A stretch of DNA of 64,000 bases. It comes from Candidatus Omnitrophota bacterium. Lineage in GTDB: Bacteria; Omnitrophota; Gorgyraeia; Gygaellales; Profunditerraquicolaceae. Position numbers and translations under genes: made by a program. The stretch spans positions 106,048-170,047 of the forward strand of contig QZKH01000003.1 of the NCBI GenBank assembly GCA_003598025.1, in the 5' to 3' direction. The notes under the pieces are model-generated. The model did not search any database. It was not told the origin of the DNA and was given only the letters and a program-made list of their open reading frames with translations. Of this stretch, positions 1 through 9,160 are shown one piece after another (position 1 is the first letter of the stretch; each line of letters starts with the position of its first letter).

Positions 1-1
1 A

Positions 2-382
2 TCGGAGGCCGATTACATAAAAGTCGTTACAGTCAGCGAATATCTTAAAATGTTTGAACCAAGTAACAATATAAAACGCCTATGCGCAGGTTCCTGGATA
101 TTTGGCAACTTTGATAAGTGGATGAATAACCGCCACAAGGTAAAAGCATGGGAGTACCTTGCTCTGGCAAGGGCAAAGCTGGAGGAAGCAAGGGGAAGTT
201 TAGATAAGGAAAAATTAGAGTTGGCTGCCAAACAAATTCACATAGCAGAAGGCTCTGACTGGTTCTGGTGGTATGGAGAGGATCCTACCGGAGACTTTGA
301 TAAAATGTTCCGCATGCATCTCTCAAATTTCTACCGCATCATAGGAAAAGACATCCCGGGGTATTTGGAGAGGGAAATATAA
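2..382 (+). CDS. Glycoside hydrolase family 57 protein, C-terminal part (truncated by window start)
   Basis: GSW...F.KW and AEGSDWFWWYG...FD.MFR.HL motifs typical of GH57 amylopullulanase/branching-enzyme C-termini; frame is open from the window edge. Confidence 0.85.
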   Translation, partial: SEADYIKVVTVSEYLKMFEPSNNIKRLCAGSWIFGNFDKWMNNRHKVKAWEYLALARAKLEEARGSLDKEKLELAAKQIHIAEGSDWFWWYGEDPTGDFDKMFRMHLSNFYRIIGKDIPGYLEREI

Positions 383-462
383 ATTAGTTCATTGTTCATA
401 GATCATAGTTCATAGATTTTGGCAGTTTCCATGAACCATGAACCTTCAACCATGAACTAATT
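382..462. repeat. Inverted pair of degenerate heptamer arrays (GTTCATW)n ... (CCATGAA)n forming a hairpin element
   Basis: aattagttcattgttcatagatcatagttcata ... ccatgaaccatgaaccttcaaccatgaactaatt; the ends are exact reverse complements; starts at the GH57 stop codon. Confidence 0.9.
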
Positions 463-472
463 GCATAACCTC

Positions 473-501
473 TTGACATTAAACGAGTTTTTTGCTATAA
501 A
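473..501 (+). promoter_or_regulatory. sigma-70 promoter TTGACA-17-TATAAA (extended -10 TG)
   Basis: ttgaca 473-478, tataaa 496-501; the ATG at 511 has no SD, so a near-leaderless transcript is likely. Confidence 0.7.
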
Positions 502-510
502 AGCATAAAC

Positions 511-1071
511 ATGGACAAGAAAGATATATACGAACATCTGGCTAAAATATATCTGGATGCCTCCTCGAAACGCAAGAAAAAGGACACCAGGTATATAAGG
601 TTTAAGGCGCTATTTTTTGTAAGTTTGTGCTTCGTTTTTATCCTGGGTACAACATTAATTGTGGGTGTCCTTAAGGAAAAACCGAATAAATCGGAACTGG
701 CGCTTCTGCTGTCCGTTGACGCCGCAAAAATAAATTTCAATTTCAATCCCGCCAAAAAAGAAACTTTTACAATTAATTTAAATAAGCTAAATTTGGGCAG
801 GTACAAGGCTGTCGCTTTTTCAGTTAAAAAAGCCACTTATGATAATAAGATATCCTTAAGAGTGGATCTCGGCAACAATTTTAATGAACGTTCGGAAGTA
901 TACCTGCGGGATATACCTCATAAATGGAAAGAGTATGTTCTAAATTTTTCTGAATTTAAAAGTATCAGTGATTGGTCGGAAATGAAGGACATCGCTTTTT
1001 CAGTTGAACAGTGGAACGCCGAAAAAGATTCAGGTGTTATATATATAGATAATATCAGGTTCTTACGCTAA
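511..1071 (+). CDS. Membrane-anchored carbohydrate-binding-module-like (CIA30/CBM11-like) protein
   Basis: One N-terminal TM segment; C-terminal W..Y.L.FSEF....DWS....I.F.V......G.IYIDNIRF pattern. Confidence 0.6.
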   Translation: MDKKDIYEHLAKIYLDASSKRKKKDTRYIRFKALFFVSLCFVFILGTTLIVGVLKEKPNKSELALLLSVDAAKINFNFNPAKKETFTINLNKLNLGRYKAVAFSVKKATYDNKISLRVDLGNNFNERSEVYLRDIPHKWKEYVLNFSEFKSISDWSEMKDIAFSVEQWNAEKDSGVIYIDNIRFLR

Positions 1072-1092
1072 TAGCGCTTAAGAAAGGAGCAA

Positions 1093-2178
1093 TTGATGCG
1101 TATAATTTCCGTTACAAACCAGAAGGGCGGATGCGGCAAAACGACTTCATCAATTAATCTGGCAGCAAGCCTTGCGGCTAACAATAAGAAAGTATTGCTT
1201 ATAGATTTAGACCCTCAGGCTCATGCGACATTCGGCTTAAGCGTTAAGGCTGATCTTAATATTTATAACGTCCTTTCTAAGATGACGCATAGAAAAGCAA
1301 AGCTTGGCGATATAATCAATAAAATAGATGATAATTTTGACCTTGCGCCTTCAAGCATAGTTTTAAGCACGCTTGAGCAGGAGTTAGCCAGCGAAATCGG
1401 CAGGGAGTCGCGTCTTTTAGACACCTTAAATAATTTCCGCGCTGATTATGATTACGTGTTAATCGATTGCCCTCCCAACCTCGGGATTTTGACGATAAAT
1501 GCCATGCGTGCGGCAAATGAGGTGATCATACCGGTAGAGGCTTCAAGGTTTGCCTTAGAAGGCGTAAGCCAGCTTGTTGAAATAATAAACCTTATCAGAG
1601 ACAGGCTTGGGCACTCCATAGACTATCATGTATTGGTCACTAATTTTGACTCAAGGCTCAGGCATTCTTTTATGCTTCTTGATAAAATAAGGATAACTTT
1701 TAAAGACAAATTATTCAGCACCATGATACATGTTAATGTAAAGTTAAAGGAAGCCCAGAACAGCGGCGCGCATATTCTAAAATATGATAAATATTGCCGT
1801 GGAGCCAAAGATTATTACAGTCTTTCCCGCGAAGTTATCCTGCAGGAAAGGACTCCCGGGACGTTTACCCCCGTGCTTGAGAAGCGCATGAAAGAGATAC
1901 TTAAGAAAGAATTACCTAAGCTTACGGAGGTTGTATTTGCTTTTAGCGCACCTGAGGCTAAAAACGTCTATATCGCCGGAGACTTTAATGGCTGGGCAAC
2001 CGATGAGAAGGCGCGTATGCAGCTTAACGATGGCAAATGGACCAAGAGGGTAAGCCTTAAGCCAGGCTCTTACCATTACCGTTTTGTAGTTGACGGAAAA
2101 TGGGTAGAAGATTTTAATAATCCATTAAGAGAAGAGAATCCTTATGGTGAAATGGATTCTATAGTAAAGATCGCGTAA
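1093..2178 (+). CDS. ParA/Soj-family ATPase fused to a C-terminal glycogen-binding (CBM48/AMPK-beta-like) domain
   Basis: Deviant Walker A KGGCGKTT, DLDPQ, DCPP; tail V.IAGDFNGW...GKW...L.PG.Y.YRFVVDGKW..D..NP. Confidence 0.9.
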   Translation: MMRIISVTNQKGGCGKTTSSINLAASLAANNKKVLLIDLDPQAHATFGLSVKADLNIYNVLSKMTHRKAKLGDIINKIDDNFDLAPSSIVLSTLEQELASEIGRESRLLDTLNNFRADYDYVLIDCPPNLGILTINAMRAANEVIIPVEASRFALEGVSQLVEIINLIRDRLGHSIDYHVLVTNFDSRLRHSFMLLDKIRITFKDKLFSTMIHVNVKLKEAQNSGAHILKYDKYCRGAKDYYSLSREVILQERTPGTFTPVLEKRMKEILKKELPKLTEVVFAFSAPEAKNVYIAGDFNGWATDEKARMQLNDGKWTKRVSLKPGSYHYRFVVDGKWVEDFNNPLREENPYGEMDSIVKIA

Positions 2179-2179
2179 T

Positions 2180-2497
2180 ATGACAGAAGATAGAGAGATC
2201 AGAGAAGGCAAGATATACGCAATGGTTGGCTATTGGTTATTTCTTTGCATTTTGCCTCTTTTGCTTAAAAAAGATAATAAATTTGCCGTGCACCACGGTA
2301 AGCAGGGGCTGGTTTTATTTATTTTTATTGTTGCTGCATTTATTTTTTACGTAATACCAATTTTAGGCCCGCTACTTTATCGTTTGGCTTCAGTTGTATA
2401 TTTTATCTGTTTTCTCTGGGGCAGCATAGAGGCATTAAGAGGCAGATATTGCCGCATCCCTATAATAGCTGATATTGCTGATAAGATAATACTTTAA
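2180..2497 (+). CDS. DUF4870-like small membrane protein
   Basis: Hydrophobic; F..HH.KQG..LF and IPI..D.A.K motifs. Confidence 0.65.
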   Translation: MTEDREIREGKIYAMVGYWLFLCILPLLLKKDNKFAVHHGKQGLVLFIFIVAAFIFYVIPILGPLLYRLASVVYFICFLWGSIEALRGRYCRIPIIADIADKIIL

Positions 2498-2504
2498 AGT
2501 AGCT

Positions 2505-2999
2505 ATGCAGACCTTAGAGGCATTAAAGACCAGGCGCAGTGTCAGGGTATTTAAGCCAAAACCGATTGATGCCGGCTCTATTGAAGCAATACTGGAGGCA
2601 GGAGGCAATGCCCCCACAGCCAGGAATGTGCAACCCTGGGAATTCATAGTTGTGACAAAGAAGGAAGTCCTGCATGATATAGCTTCTTTGGCTGAAAATG
2701 GCCGTTTTATCAAAGATTCTGCCTGTTGTATAGCGGTGTTCTGTGATAATACTAAATATTACCTGGAAGATGGTTGTTCTGCTACGGTCAACATTTTAAA
2801 TGCCGCCCATGAGTTAGGTATAGGCAGCTGCTGGGTCGCAGGGGATAAGAAACCGTATTGTGAGAGCATAAGGCAGATGCTTGGGTGCCCGGCGCACCTG
2901 AAACTGGTAAGCTTAATCGCTTTGGGCTATCCGCAAGAGGTTCCCGTTCCGCCTGGCAAGAGGCCCTTGAATGAAATTATTCATAAGGATAAATTCTAA
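2505..2999 (+). CDS. Nitroreductase family protein
   Basis: RRSVR.F, APTARN.QPWEF, LGIGSCW, LGYP. Confidence 0.9.
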   Translation: MQTLEALKTRRSVRVFKPKPIDAGSIEAILEAGGNAPTARNVQPWEFIVVTKKEVLHDIASLAENGRFIKDSACCIAVFCDNTKYYLEDGCSATVNILNAAHELGIGSCWVAGDKKPYCESIRQMLGCPAHLKLVSLIALGYPQEVPVPPGKRPLNEIIHKDKF

Positions 3000-3017
3000 G
3001 ACAGGAGGTGGCTGGAT

Positions 3018-3425
3018 ATGGTATTAAAAAAGAAGAAAAAAAATACCCCAAGAAAGCTATCTAAGAAGAAGGTCGTTAAAAAGAAGCCGGTCAGGAAAAA
3101 GATAACAAAAAAGAAAGCATCAGCTAAAAAGCCGGTTAAGAGAACTGCCAAGGTAAAGAAACCTGTTACAAAGGTTGCTAAAGAAGAAATACTCGGAGTA
3201 GTAACGCACTATTTTCCTAAAGTAAGAGCGGCTGTAATCAAGCTTAAGGGCCTGCTTTCCGTAGGCGACAAAATTAGGATTAAAGGCCATACAACAGATT
3301 TTACTCAAGTAGTCAATTCTATTCAGATTGACCACGTTGTAGTTAACCAGGCTAAAAAAGGCGCAGAAATAGGCCTTTTGGTGAATTCTCGGGTCAGGCA
3401 GCATGACGCTGTAACTAAAGCTTAA
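3018..3425 (+). CDS. Translation-elongation-factor-like beta-barrel protein with Lys-rich N-terminus
   Basis: G.VTHYF.K..AA.I.L...L.VGD.I.IKG.TTDF.Q.V.SIQI; SD aggaggt. Confidence 0.7.
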   Translation: MVLKKKKKNTPRKLSKKKVVKKKPVRKKITKKKASAKKPVKRTAKVKKPVTKVAKEEILGVVTHYFPKVRAAVIKLKGLLSVGDKIRIKGHTTDFTQVVNSIQIDHVVVNQAKKGAEIGLLVNSRVRQHDAVTKA

Positions 3426-3442
3426 AACAGGAGGATTTTAAA

Positions 3443-3634
3443 ATGAGGCTTTCAGAAATTGAGAAAAAAGCACGAGATCTGGGCATGAAGGAGACATGGA
3501 GGTTTTCAAAGAAAGAGTTAATTAAGAATATTCAGAAAAGAGAAGGTAATTTTGATTGCTTCGGCACTGCTAAGGGGTTTTGTGACCAGTTAGGGTGTGT
3601 ATGGAGAAGCGACTGCGTAAAGCAAGCCATATAA
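3443..3634 (+). CDS. Small SAP/Rho-N-like protein with Cys cluster
   Basis: K.ELI..IQ..EGN.DCF...C.Q..C.WR.DC; SD aggagg. Confidence 0.7.
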   Translation: MRLSEIEKKARDLGMKETWRFSKKELIKNIQKREGNFDCFGTAKGFCDQLGCVWRSDCVKQAI

Positions 3635-3650
3635 GAAAGGTTAAATTTGA

Positions 3651-3836
3651 ATGAAATACAATTGCCAGATCTGCAACAGGGAAATAGATGATTTTGTAAG
3701 CGTCACGCACATAAAAGCAGAGGAATATCTCTTAGAACTTATACGTAAAGACCACCCTGAATGGAAAGAGAAAGATAAGACTTGCCATAAGTGCGTTGAG
3801 TATTACCGCAGGCTCGTAAAGGATGCGGAAATCTAA
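3651..3836 (+). CDS. Small putative Zn-binding protein
   Basis: Two CxxC motifs, SD aaagg, operon-like spacing. Confidence 0.6.
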   Translation: MKYNCQICNREIDDFVSVTHIKAEEYLLELIRKDHPEWKEKDKTCHKCVEYYRRLVKDAEI

Positions 3837-3854
3837 TCAAAACTGGGGGTTTAT

Positions 3855-4139
3855 ATGCTTAGCCAATTAGTAAGTTTACCTTTATTCCTCATGGCCTTGG
3901 GCGTAGGTTATATAGTCCTATATTTTGCCAAGAGGGAAGAAGGCAGGTCTAGAATCTTAGGATACTTTGTATCTGTTTTTATCATAGTATTAAGTGCTAT
4001 GATAATAATCATTAATACGTTTCTGGGCATAAAAGCCAATTGTGCAATGAGCTCATATATGGCCAGGCATAAGTTAATGATGAAGACAGGGCCTATGCAT
4101 CAGCAGCAAATGCCCATTGTAGCGCCAGCCAAGAAATAA
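3855..4139 (+). CDS. Hypothetical membrane protein
   Basis: Two hydrophobic segments; SD ggggg. Confidence 0.6.
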   Translation: MLSQLVSLPLFLMALGVGYIVLYFAKREEGRSRILGYFVSVFIIVLSAMIIIINTFLGIKANCAMSSYMARHKLMMKTGPMHQQQMPIVAPAKK

Positions 4140-4184
4140 AACACGTAAGCTCATCCAAATAGCCTCAAAAAGCTGATATTTTTA

Positions 4185-4216
4185 GCAACACTGTTTATTT
4201 AAGTAAACAGTGTTGC
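4185..4216. promoter_or_regulatory. 13-bp inverted repeat containing a TGT-N12-ACA dyad (candidate enhancer site or terminator)
   Basis: GCAACACTGTTTA-tttaag-TAAACAGTGTTGC, about 200 bp upstream of the sigma-54 motif. Confidence 0.55.
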
Positions 4217-4411
4217 AAACCTTTTATTATCAATATAATACAGCTAGGGTTTATAATTTATCAATATTACTAAGCTATTATGTATATTAATAGATCAAAT
4301 CGTATGCATAAGTAAAGCAGGCTAGTTATGAACCTCATGTTTAACCCCTTATAACTCTTTTAACTTCAATAAGTTAAAAATTAATAAAAAATAACACAAT
4401 TATGACAAATT

Positions 4412-4426
4412 TGGCATGATTAATGC
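4412..4426 (+). promoter_or_regulatory. sigma-54 (-24/-12) promoter of the EPS operon
   Basis: TGGCATG-ATTA-ATGC matches TGGCAYG-N4-WTGC; AT-rich upstream; rpoN and a bEBP are in the same locus. Confidence 0.7.
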
Positions 4427-4540
4427 TGTTATATTATTATCATGACAAAATTGAATATACATAGACATACTAGGACATACATAGACAATATAGGTAAGAT
4501 TTCCACAGGTTTAATTTAATTAAAGACAGGGAGGTTTAAG

Positions 4541-4753
4541 TTGGGAAACGGCAGAATGACAATAACGGATGTAGCTGACAGGATAGGAGTAACCCCTAAA
4601 ACCATCATGCGCTGGGAAAGAGCAGGCAAAGTAAGCCGCTCAAAGCGGGACTGGCGAGGCTGGAGAGTCTATGATAAAGACGGGCTTAGGGAACTTAAAA
4701 AATTCAAGGACACGCTTTATATCGAGGAGGATGGAAATGGTAAAACTGAATAA
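4541..4753 (+). CDS. Stand-alone MerR-type HTH protein (BldC-like size)
   Basis: TI..VA..IGVT.KTI.RWE..G......R...GWR.Y; TTG start with SD ggaggt. Confidence 0.85.
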   Translation: MGNGRMTITDVADRIGVTPKTIMRWERAGKVSRSKRDWRGWRVYDKDGLRELKKFKDTLYIEEDGNGKTE

Positions 4754-5531
4754 GTTTATTCTATTGGTTTTGTTAGTGACTTTTGTTTCAAATGTGCAGG
4801 TCATGGCGGAAGATGAGGTCAAGGTTATTGAAAGCCAGCCTGCTGTAAGCTCAGCCGTAACTAGCCAGGTTGCAAACGTTTCTAAACAGCCTGCCTTAGT
4901 AATGGCTGAACCTGTTAGGCCCGGAGTCAGCTTTGACCCGGTTAAATACACTCTTGGCCCGGATGATGTTATTGAGATTACGGTAATGCGCCATCCGGAG
5001 TTCAGCGGTATCTATCCGGTCAATCTTGAAGGAAAAATCCAGTATAAATTTGTCGGGGATTTGGATGTCAAAGGCATGACTAAAGACGAGCTCGCCGCAA
5101 AGATTAAAGACGCAATTACTGCATATGTTATAAGCCCGGAAGTAAGCGTAACAATCCTGGAATTTAAGAGCAAGGTAATATATGTAGTAGGCGAAGTGGG
5201 ACGGCCCGGAAAATATTTTATGAGGTCTGAGTCTATACCGGTAAGAGAAGCAGTAGTTGAAGCTGGCCTTCCTACATTAGCAGCTGCTATGCGCAGATGC
5301 AGGCTCATTACTCCTGATGCAAAAGGGAGGGTTAAAACAAAGTCTGTGGATTTATATTCCATACTTTACGGCGGCAACCTTAAATACAATTATGACATGC
5401 GCCCGGGTGATGTGTTATACGTTCCGGCAACTGTTATGGCTAAAATAGTCAGGGTAATAAACCCTGTAACAGCGCCTATATCTTCACTTAACTCCGGAGA
5501 TAGTGCTGCAACTTCTTTGGCCACAAGATGA
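4737..5531 (+). CDS. Polysaccharide biosynthesis/export (Wza-like, Poly_export+SLBB) protein
   Basis: Signal peptide, Y.LGP.D.I.I.V, V.VVGEV.RPG.Y, L.PGDVLYVP-like end; start set at ATG 4737 after SD gaggagg. Confidence 0.88.
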   Translation: MVKLNKFILLVLLVTFVSNVQVMAEDEVKVIESQPAVSSAVTSQVANVSKQPALVMAEPVRPGVSFDPVKYTLGPDDVIEITVMRHPEFSGIYPVNLEGKIQYKFVGDLDVKGMTKDELAAKIKDAITAYVISPEVSVTILEFKSKVIYVVGEVGRPGKYFMRSESIPVREAVVEAGLPTLAAAMRRCRLITPDAKGRVKTKSVDLYSILYGGNLKYNYDMRPGDVLYVPATVMAKIVRVINPVTAPISSLNSGDSAATSLATR

Positions 5532-5549
5532 AGATAAGGAGAAATATAC

Positions 5550-6863
5550 ATGGATAATCAGGAAATAGCTAATTACCGTAACCCGGTTGAATACCTTAAG
5601 GTATTCTTTAGAAGAAGATGGTTGTTTGTAACCCCGGTATTTATCGGCCTTGTGCTGGGCATAGTCGCTTCTTTTATGATCCGGCCGACATATGAGTCTT
5701 CTACTGTAATACTTGTGGAAGAGGAGAAAATAATCAATCCTCTTATTCAGGGGCTGGCTGTATCAACCTCGGTTGCCCAGAGGATGCGCACCATAAAAGA
5801 GCAGATATTAAGCTGGAGCAGCCTGGTCTCTCTTACGAACAAGCTAAATTTAGCTAAGAACGTTGATTCCCAGGCAGGGTTTGAGGGCCTTATTATGAAT
5901 TTAAGAAAAAACATTGTCGTCACGATGCGCGGGCCTAACCTCATAAAAATATCTTATTATAATTCTAACCCTCAGAAAACCTTGGCAATCGCCAAAACCC
6001 TCACGGATGTTTTTATTGAAGAAAACATGCGTTCACAGAGCAAGGAAACGGATGTCGCTATTGATTTTATAAAAGACCAGCTTGAGGTTTATAAAAGGAA
6101 GATAAAAGAATCTGAAATAGGAAAATTAGAAGATGATTTGCGAAGCCTGCTGGTTGATTCTACTGAAGCGCATCCTATGGTAAAAGAATTAAGGCAAAGG
6201 ATCGCAATAGCAAAAAAAGAGCTTGAGGCAGGAGATTATAAAGTCTCTGATAAGGACCTGCCTATAGCAACCCCGGCTTACGAAGCGCTTAAACAGGAAC
6301 TTGATAAGATGACCGGTTCTGATATAGCTACCGCAGTTGCGCCTTTAGCATATTCTCCCGTGCAACAGACAAACCAGGTTTCTCCGGATTCGGTTTACAA
6401 GCTGTTAGTTATGGATAAGCTTGATTCAGCTTTGGGCAGGGACATGCGTGTTAATGAAAATATATATAATATGTTATTGCAGAAATTAGAGACAGCAAAG
6501 ATTACTAAACGCCTTGAAGCCTCCAAAGAAGGCACTCGTTATACAATAGTTGACCCTCCCAGGCTTCCGCTTAAACCTTCAAAGCCTAACAAATTGCTTG
6601 TTATATTCATAGGTATATTTTTGGGTGGTTTTCTAGGCACCGGCCTTGTATTTGGGAAAGAATTCTTAGACCAGTCTTTCCTTGATATTGATGATGCAAA
6701 AAATAATTTGGAATTGCCGGTCTTGGGGGCGATATCCAGGCTTACTACACAGGAAGAAATTGAGAAGGAGAAGCTAAAGCAGAAGAAATTTGTCACCATT
6801 GGCCTATCGGCAAGCGGAATATTGATTTTGATAGTTATGCTTATATCATTCTTCAGGAAATAA
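5550..6863 (+). CDS. Polysaccharide chain-length determinant (Wzc/Wzz membrane part, GNVR)
   Basis: N- and C-terminal TMs, P.YES...ILV, HP.V..L, IVDPP.LP..PSKPN, L.LPVLG.I. Confidence 0.88.
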   Translation: MDNQEIANYRNPVEYLKVFFRRRWLFVTPVFIGLVLGIVASFMIRPTYESSTVILVEEEKIINPLIQGLAVSTSVAQRMRTIKEQILSWSSLVSLTNKLNLAKNVDSQAGFEGLIMNLRKNIVVTMRGPNLIKISYYNSNPQKTLAIAKTLTDVFIEENMRSQSKETDVAIDFIKDQLEVYKRKIKESEIGKLEDDLRSLLVDSTEAHPMVKELRQRIAIAKKELEAGDYKVSDKDLPIATPAYEALKQELDKMTGSDIATAVAPLAYSPVQQTNQVSPDSVYKLLVMDKLDSALGRDMRVNENIYNMLLQKLETAKITKRLEASKEGTRYTIVDPPRLPLKPSKPNKLLVIFIGIFLGGFLGTGLVFGKEFLDQSFLDIDDAKNNLELPVLGAISRLTTQEEIEKEKLKQKKFVTIGLSASGILILIVMLISFFRK

Positions 6864-6887
6864 GCATAGGAAAGGAAGTATATTAAG

Positions 6888-7697
6888 ATGTACGAGAAGT
6901 TTTATGGATTTAACGAAAAGCCGTTTAACACTACACCTGATTCAAGGTATTTCTTCCCCAGCCCGAAACACACTGAGGCGCTTAACAGCCTTATCTACGC
7001 TATAAATGAGCGCAGGGGTTTTGTGGTCGTAACCGGAGAGATAGGCGTAGGAAAGACTACTGTCTGGCGCACTGTCTTAAGCAAGCTTGATGCTAATACT
7101 AAAGTAGCTACTATTACCAATACCCATCTTACCTGTAAAGAGCTTATTGCCCAGATACTTGATGAGCTTGAGGTTGATTATACTCCGGGCACGAAACAAA
7201 AGCTGCTTGCGCAGTTAAATCATTATCTTATACAGCAGCTGGAAAACGATATTAATGTTGTTTTGCTGATAGATGAAGCGCAGAATTTAAGCTTTACGGC
7301 TCTTGAGGAAGTAAGGATGCTTTCAAACTTAGAGACTGAAAGGGAAAAACTAATCCAGATAATACTTATAGGACAGCCTCAGTTAAAAGAAAAATTGAAT
7401 AATCCAAAATTAGAGCAATTTAAGCAGAGGATCGCCGTTTATTACCATATGTCAGGATTAAGCAAGCAGGAAACTGAAGATTATATCCTGCACAGGCTTA
7501 AAATAGCAAGCTCAAACGGCGCAGGTTTCTTTAGCCCTGAGGCATTAAATTCGATATATACCCATTCAAGAGGCATCCCGCGAATTATTAACCTTATGTG
7601 TGACAGCGCGCTGCTTTCAGGGTATGTTTATGACACAAAGCAGATTACGGATAAGATTGTTAGTGAAGTGGTTAAGGAGAGGGAACTAGTTATTTAA
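6888..7697 (+). CDS. ExeA/GspA-like AAA ATPase (exosortase-system associated type)
   Basis: MY..FYGF.EKPF..TPD, GEIGVGKTT, IDEAQNL, GQPQL, GIPRIIN..CD. Confidence 0.9.
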   Translation: MYEKFYGFNEKPFNTTPDSRYFFPSPKHTEALNSLIYAINERRGFVVVTGEIGVGKTTVWRTVLSKLDANTKVATITNTHLTCKELIAQILDELEVDYTPGTKQKLLAQLNHYLIQQLENDINVVLLIDEAQNLSFTALEEVRMLSNLETEREKLIQIILIGQPQLKEKLNNPKLEQFKQRIAVYYHMSGLSKQETEDYILHRLKIASSNGAGFFSPEALNSIYTHSRGIPRIINLMCDSALLSGYVYDTKQITDKIVSEVVKERELVI

Positions 7698-7700
7698 TCG

Positions 7701-7855
7701 TGAGCTATCAGCTGTCAGCTCTCAGCTCTCAGCAAGCTGTGGTCTGTTGTCCGTCGACTGTGGACTAGCGAGCTATTAGCAGTTACGCAATACTCTATAC
7801 GCTAAACGCTATACGCAATACGCCGTACGCATAACGCAATACGAAAACAAGGAGA
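7701..7855 (+). repeat. Composite heptamer element: (TCAGCTN)n - (CTGTGGA-like)n - (TACGCWA)n, ending in an RBS
   Basis: tgagctatcagctgtcagctctcagctctcagcaagctgtggtctgttgtccgtcgactgtggac ... tacgcaatactctatacgctaaacgctatacgcaatacgccgtacgcataacgcaatacgaaaacaaggaga. Confidence 0.9.
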
Positions 7856-7863
7856 CCAAAGAA

Positions 7864-8652
7864 ATGGGCAAAATCACCGAAGCATTAAAAAAAGCAGCGC
7901 AGGAACGCCTTGCCAGGATTGAAAAATTAGATAACCGGGAAGAGGTAAAATTTGAATTTATCGCAAAGAAACAGGTAGATTCCAAGATTGACCCCCGTAT
8001 TGTTACTTTCCATGACCCAAAATCATCGGTTTCAGAGCAATATAAAATGCTAAGGACAAACTTAGCTGCTTTAGGGACTAAAAAGCCGGTAAAGGTCATG
8101 ACTATTACGAGTTCCACTCATAGTGAAGGTAAGACCATAACAGCTATTAACCTTGCCATATCAATGGCGCACGATTTAAACAATAAGAATATCCTTCTTG
8201 TCGATGCAGATATGCGCAGGGCGCGTATTACGAGATATTTGGGTGTCGCTTCTGAGAGCGGGTTATCCGATATACTAAATGATGGCGCTAATATTGACCA
8301 GGCCTTGCTTAATATAGGTATAAATAACCTTACAATTTTACCTTCCGGTAAAATCCCCCATAACCCTGCTGAGCTTTTAGGCTCAGGGAAATTCAAGAAT
8401 CTTGTTGCAGCGCTTAAGAATAAATATGACTATGTGATTTTCGATACCCCGCCAATAATCTCTGTTACAGACGCAGGCATACTTGGAGCCCAGACTGATG
8501 GCGTTATTATGGTTATTCAGGCAAACAGGACTCAAAAGGGCGTAGTCAAGCATGCCGAAACCCTCCTGAGGCAGGCAGAGGCAAAGCTCCTTGGTTACAT
8601 TCTTACTAATATCCAGTACCACATCCCGGCGTACATATATAGATACCTATGA
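7864..8652 (+). CDS. CpsD/CapB family BY-kinase
   Basis: SEQY..LRTNL, ITSS...EGKT, VDADMR, FDTPP, Tyr-rich C-terminus. Confidence 0.9.
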   Translation: MGKITEALKKAAQERLARIEKLDNREEVKFEFIAKKQVDSKIDPRIVTFHDPKSSVSEQYKMLRTNLAALGTKKPVKVMTITSSTHSEGKTITAINLAISMAHDLNNKNILLVDADMRRARITRYLGVASESGLSDILNDGANIDQALLNIGINNLTILPSGKIPHNPAELLGSGKFKNLVAALKNKYDYVIFDTPPIISVTDAGILGAQTDGVIMVIQANRTQKGVVKHAETLLRQAEAKLLGYILTNIQYHIPAYIYRYL

Positions 8653-8661
8653 TGATTCGGA

Positions 8662-8700
8662 CAGCGTATAGGGTATAGCGTATAGCGGATAGGGTATAGG
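8662..8700 (+). repeat. (TAGSGTA)n heptamer array, left flank of four-helix-bundle gene 1
   Basis: cagcgta tagggta tagcgta tagcgga tagggta tagg. Confidence 0.9.
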
Positions 8701-8706
8701 TTAATT

Positions 8707-9066
8707 ATGAATGATAAAATAAGGACATTTAGAGATTTAAAGGTTTGGCAAAAAGGTATAGATCTAGTAAAGGAGATATATAGTATTTCTAATAGTTTTC
8801 CTAAGGAGGAGCAATTTGGATTAACTAACCAGATGAGAAGGGCTGCTGTTTCTATACCGGCAAATATTGCTGAAGGATTCAGGAGGGCGCACGCAAAAGA
8901 GCATAAGCAATTCTTGAACATAGCGCTAGGTTCATGCGCTGAATTAGAGACACATGTAATTATTGCTAGAGAATTAGGTTATATTGAAGAAGAGATACAT
9001 AATTATTTGCTTGAGATTTTGGATCATATTTGTGCAATGACAGTTAATCTTAGCAAGCGCATTTAA
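8707..9066 (+). CDS. Four helix bundle protein (TIGR02436 / 23S rRNA IVP / bAvd-like)
   Basis: F.DL.VWQK..DL...IY.....FP.EE.FGL..QMRRAAVSIPANIAEG..R......QFL.IA.GS..EL.T. Confidence 0.92.
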   Translation: MNDKIRTFRDLKVWQKGIDLVKEIYSISNSFPKEEQFGLTNQMRRAAVSIPANIAEGFRRAHAKEHKQFLNIALGSCAELETHVIIARELGYIEEEIHNYLLEILDHICAMTVNLSKRI

Positions 9067-9069
9067 CGC

Positions 9070-9160
9070 GTCTCAATACGCCGTACTCAATACGCAATAC
9101 TCTATACGCTAAACGCTATACGCCGTACGCTATACGCCGTACGCACAACGCAATACGAAA
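9070..9160 (+). repeat. (TACGCWA)n heptamer array, right flank of four-helix-bundle gene 1
   Basis: About 12 degenerate units, reverse complement of the left-flank consensus. Confidence 0.9.

Noticed and set aside
3018-3185. Lys-rich repetitive stretch (also the Ala-rich tail at 57102-57250)
   Set aside because: Protein-level low complexity without the 7/8-bp DNA periodicity; not part of the repeat system.
7809-8921. Antisense ORFs 7809-8117, 8118-8396, 8383-8622, 8595-8921 and similar shadow ORFs elsewhere (e.g. 21973-22278, 23206-23778, 58130-58438)
   Set aside because: They overlap well-supported genes or simply translate repeat tracts, and they have no recognizable motifs.
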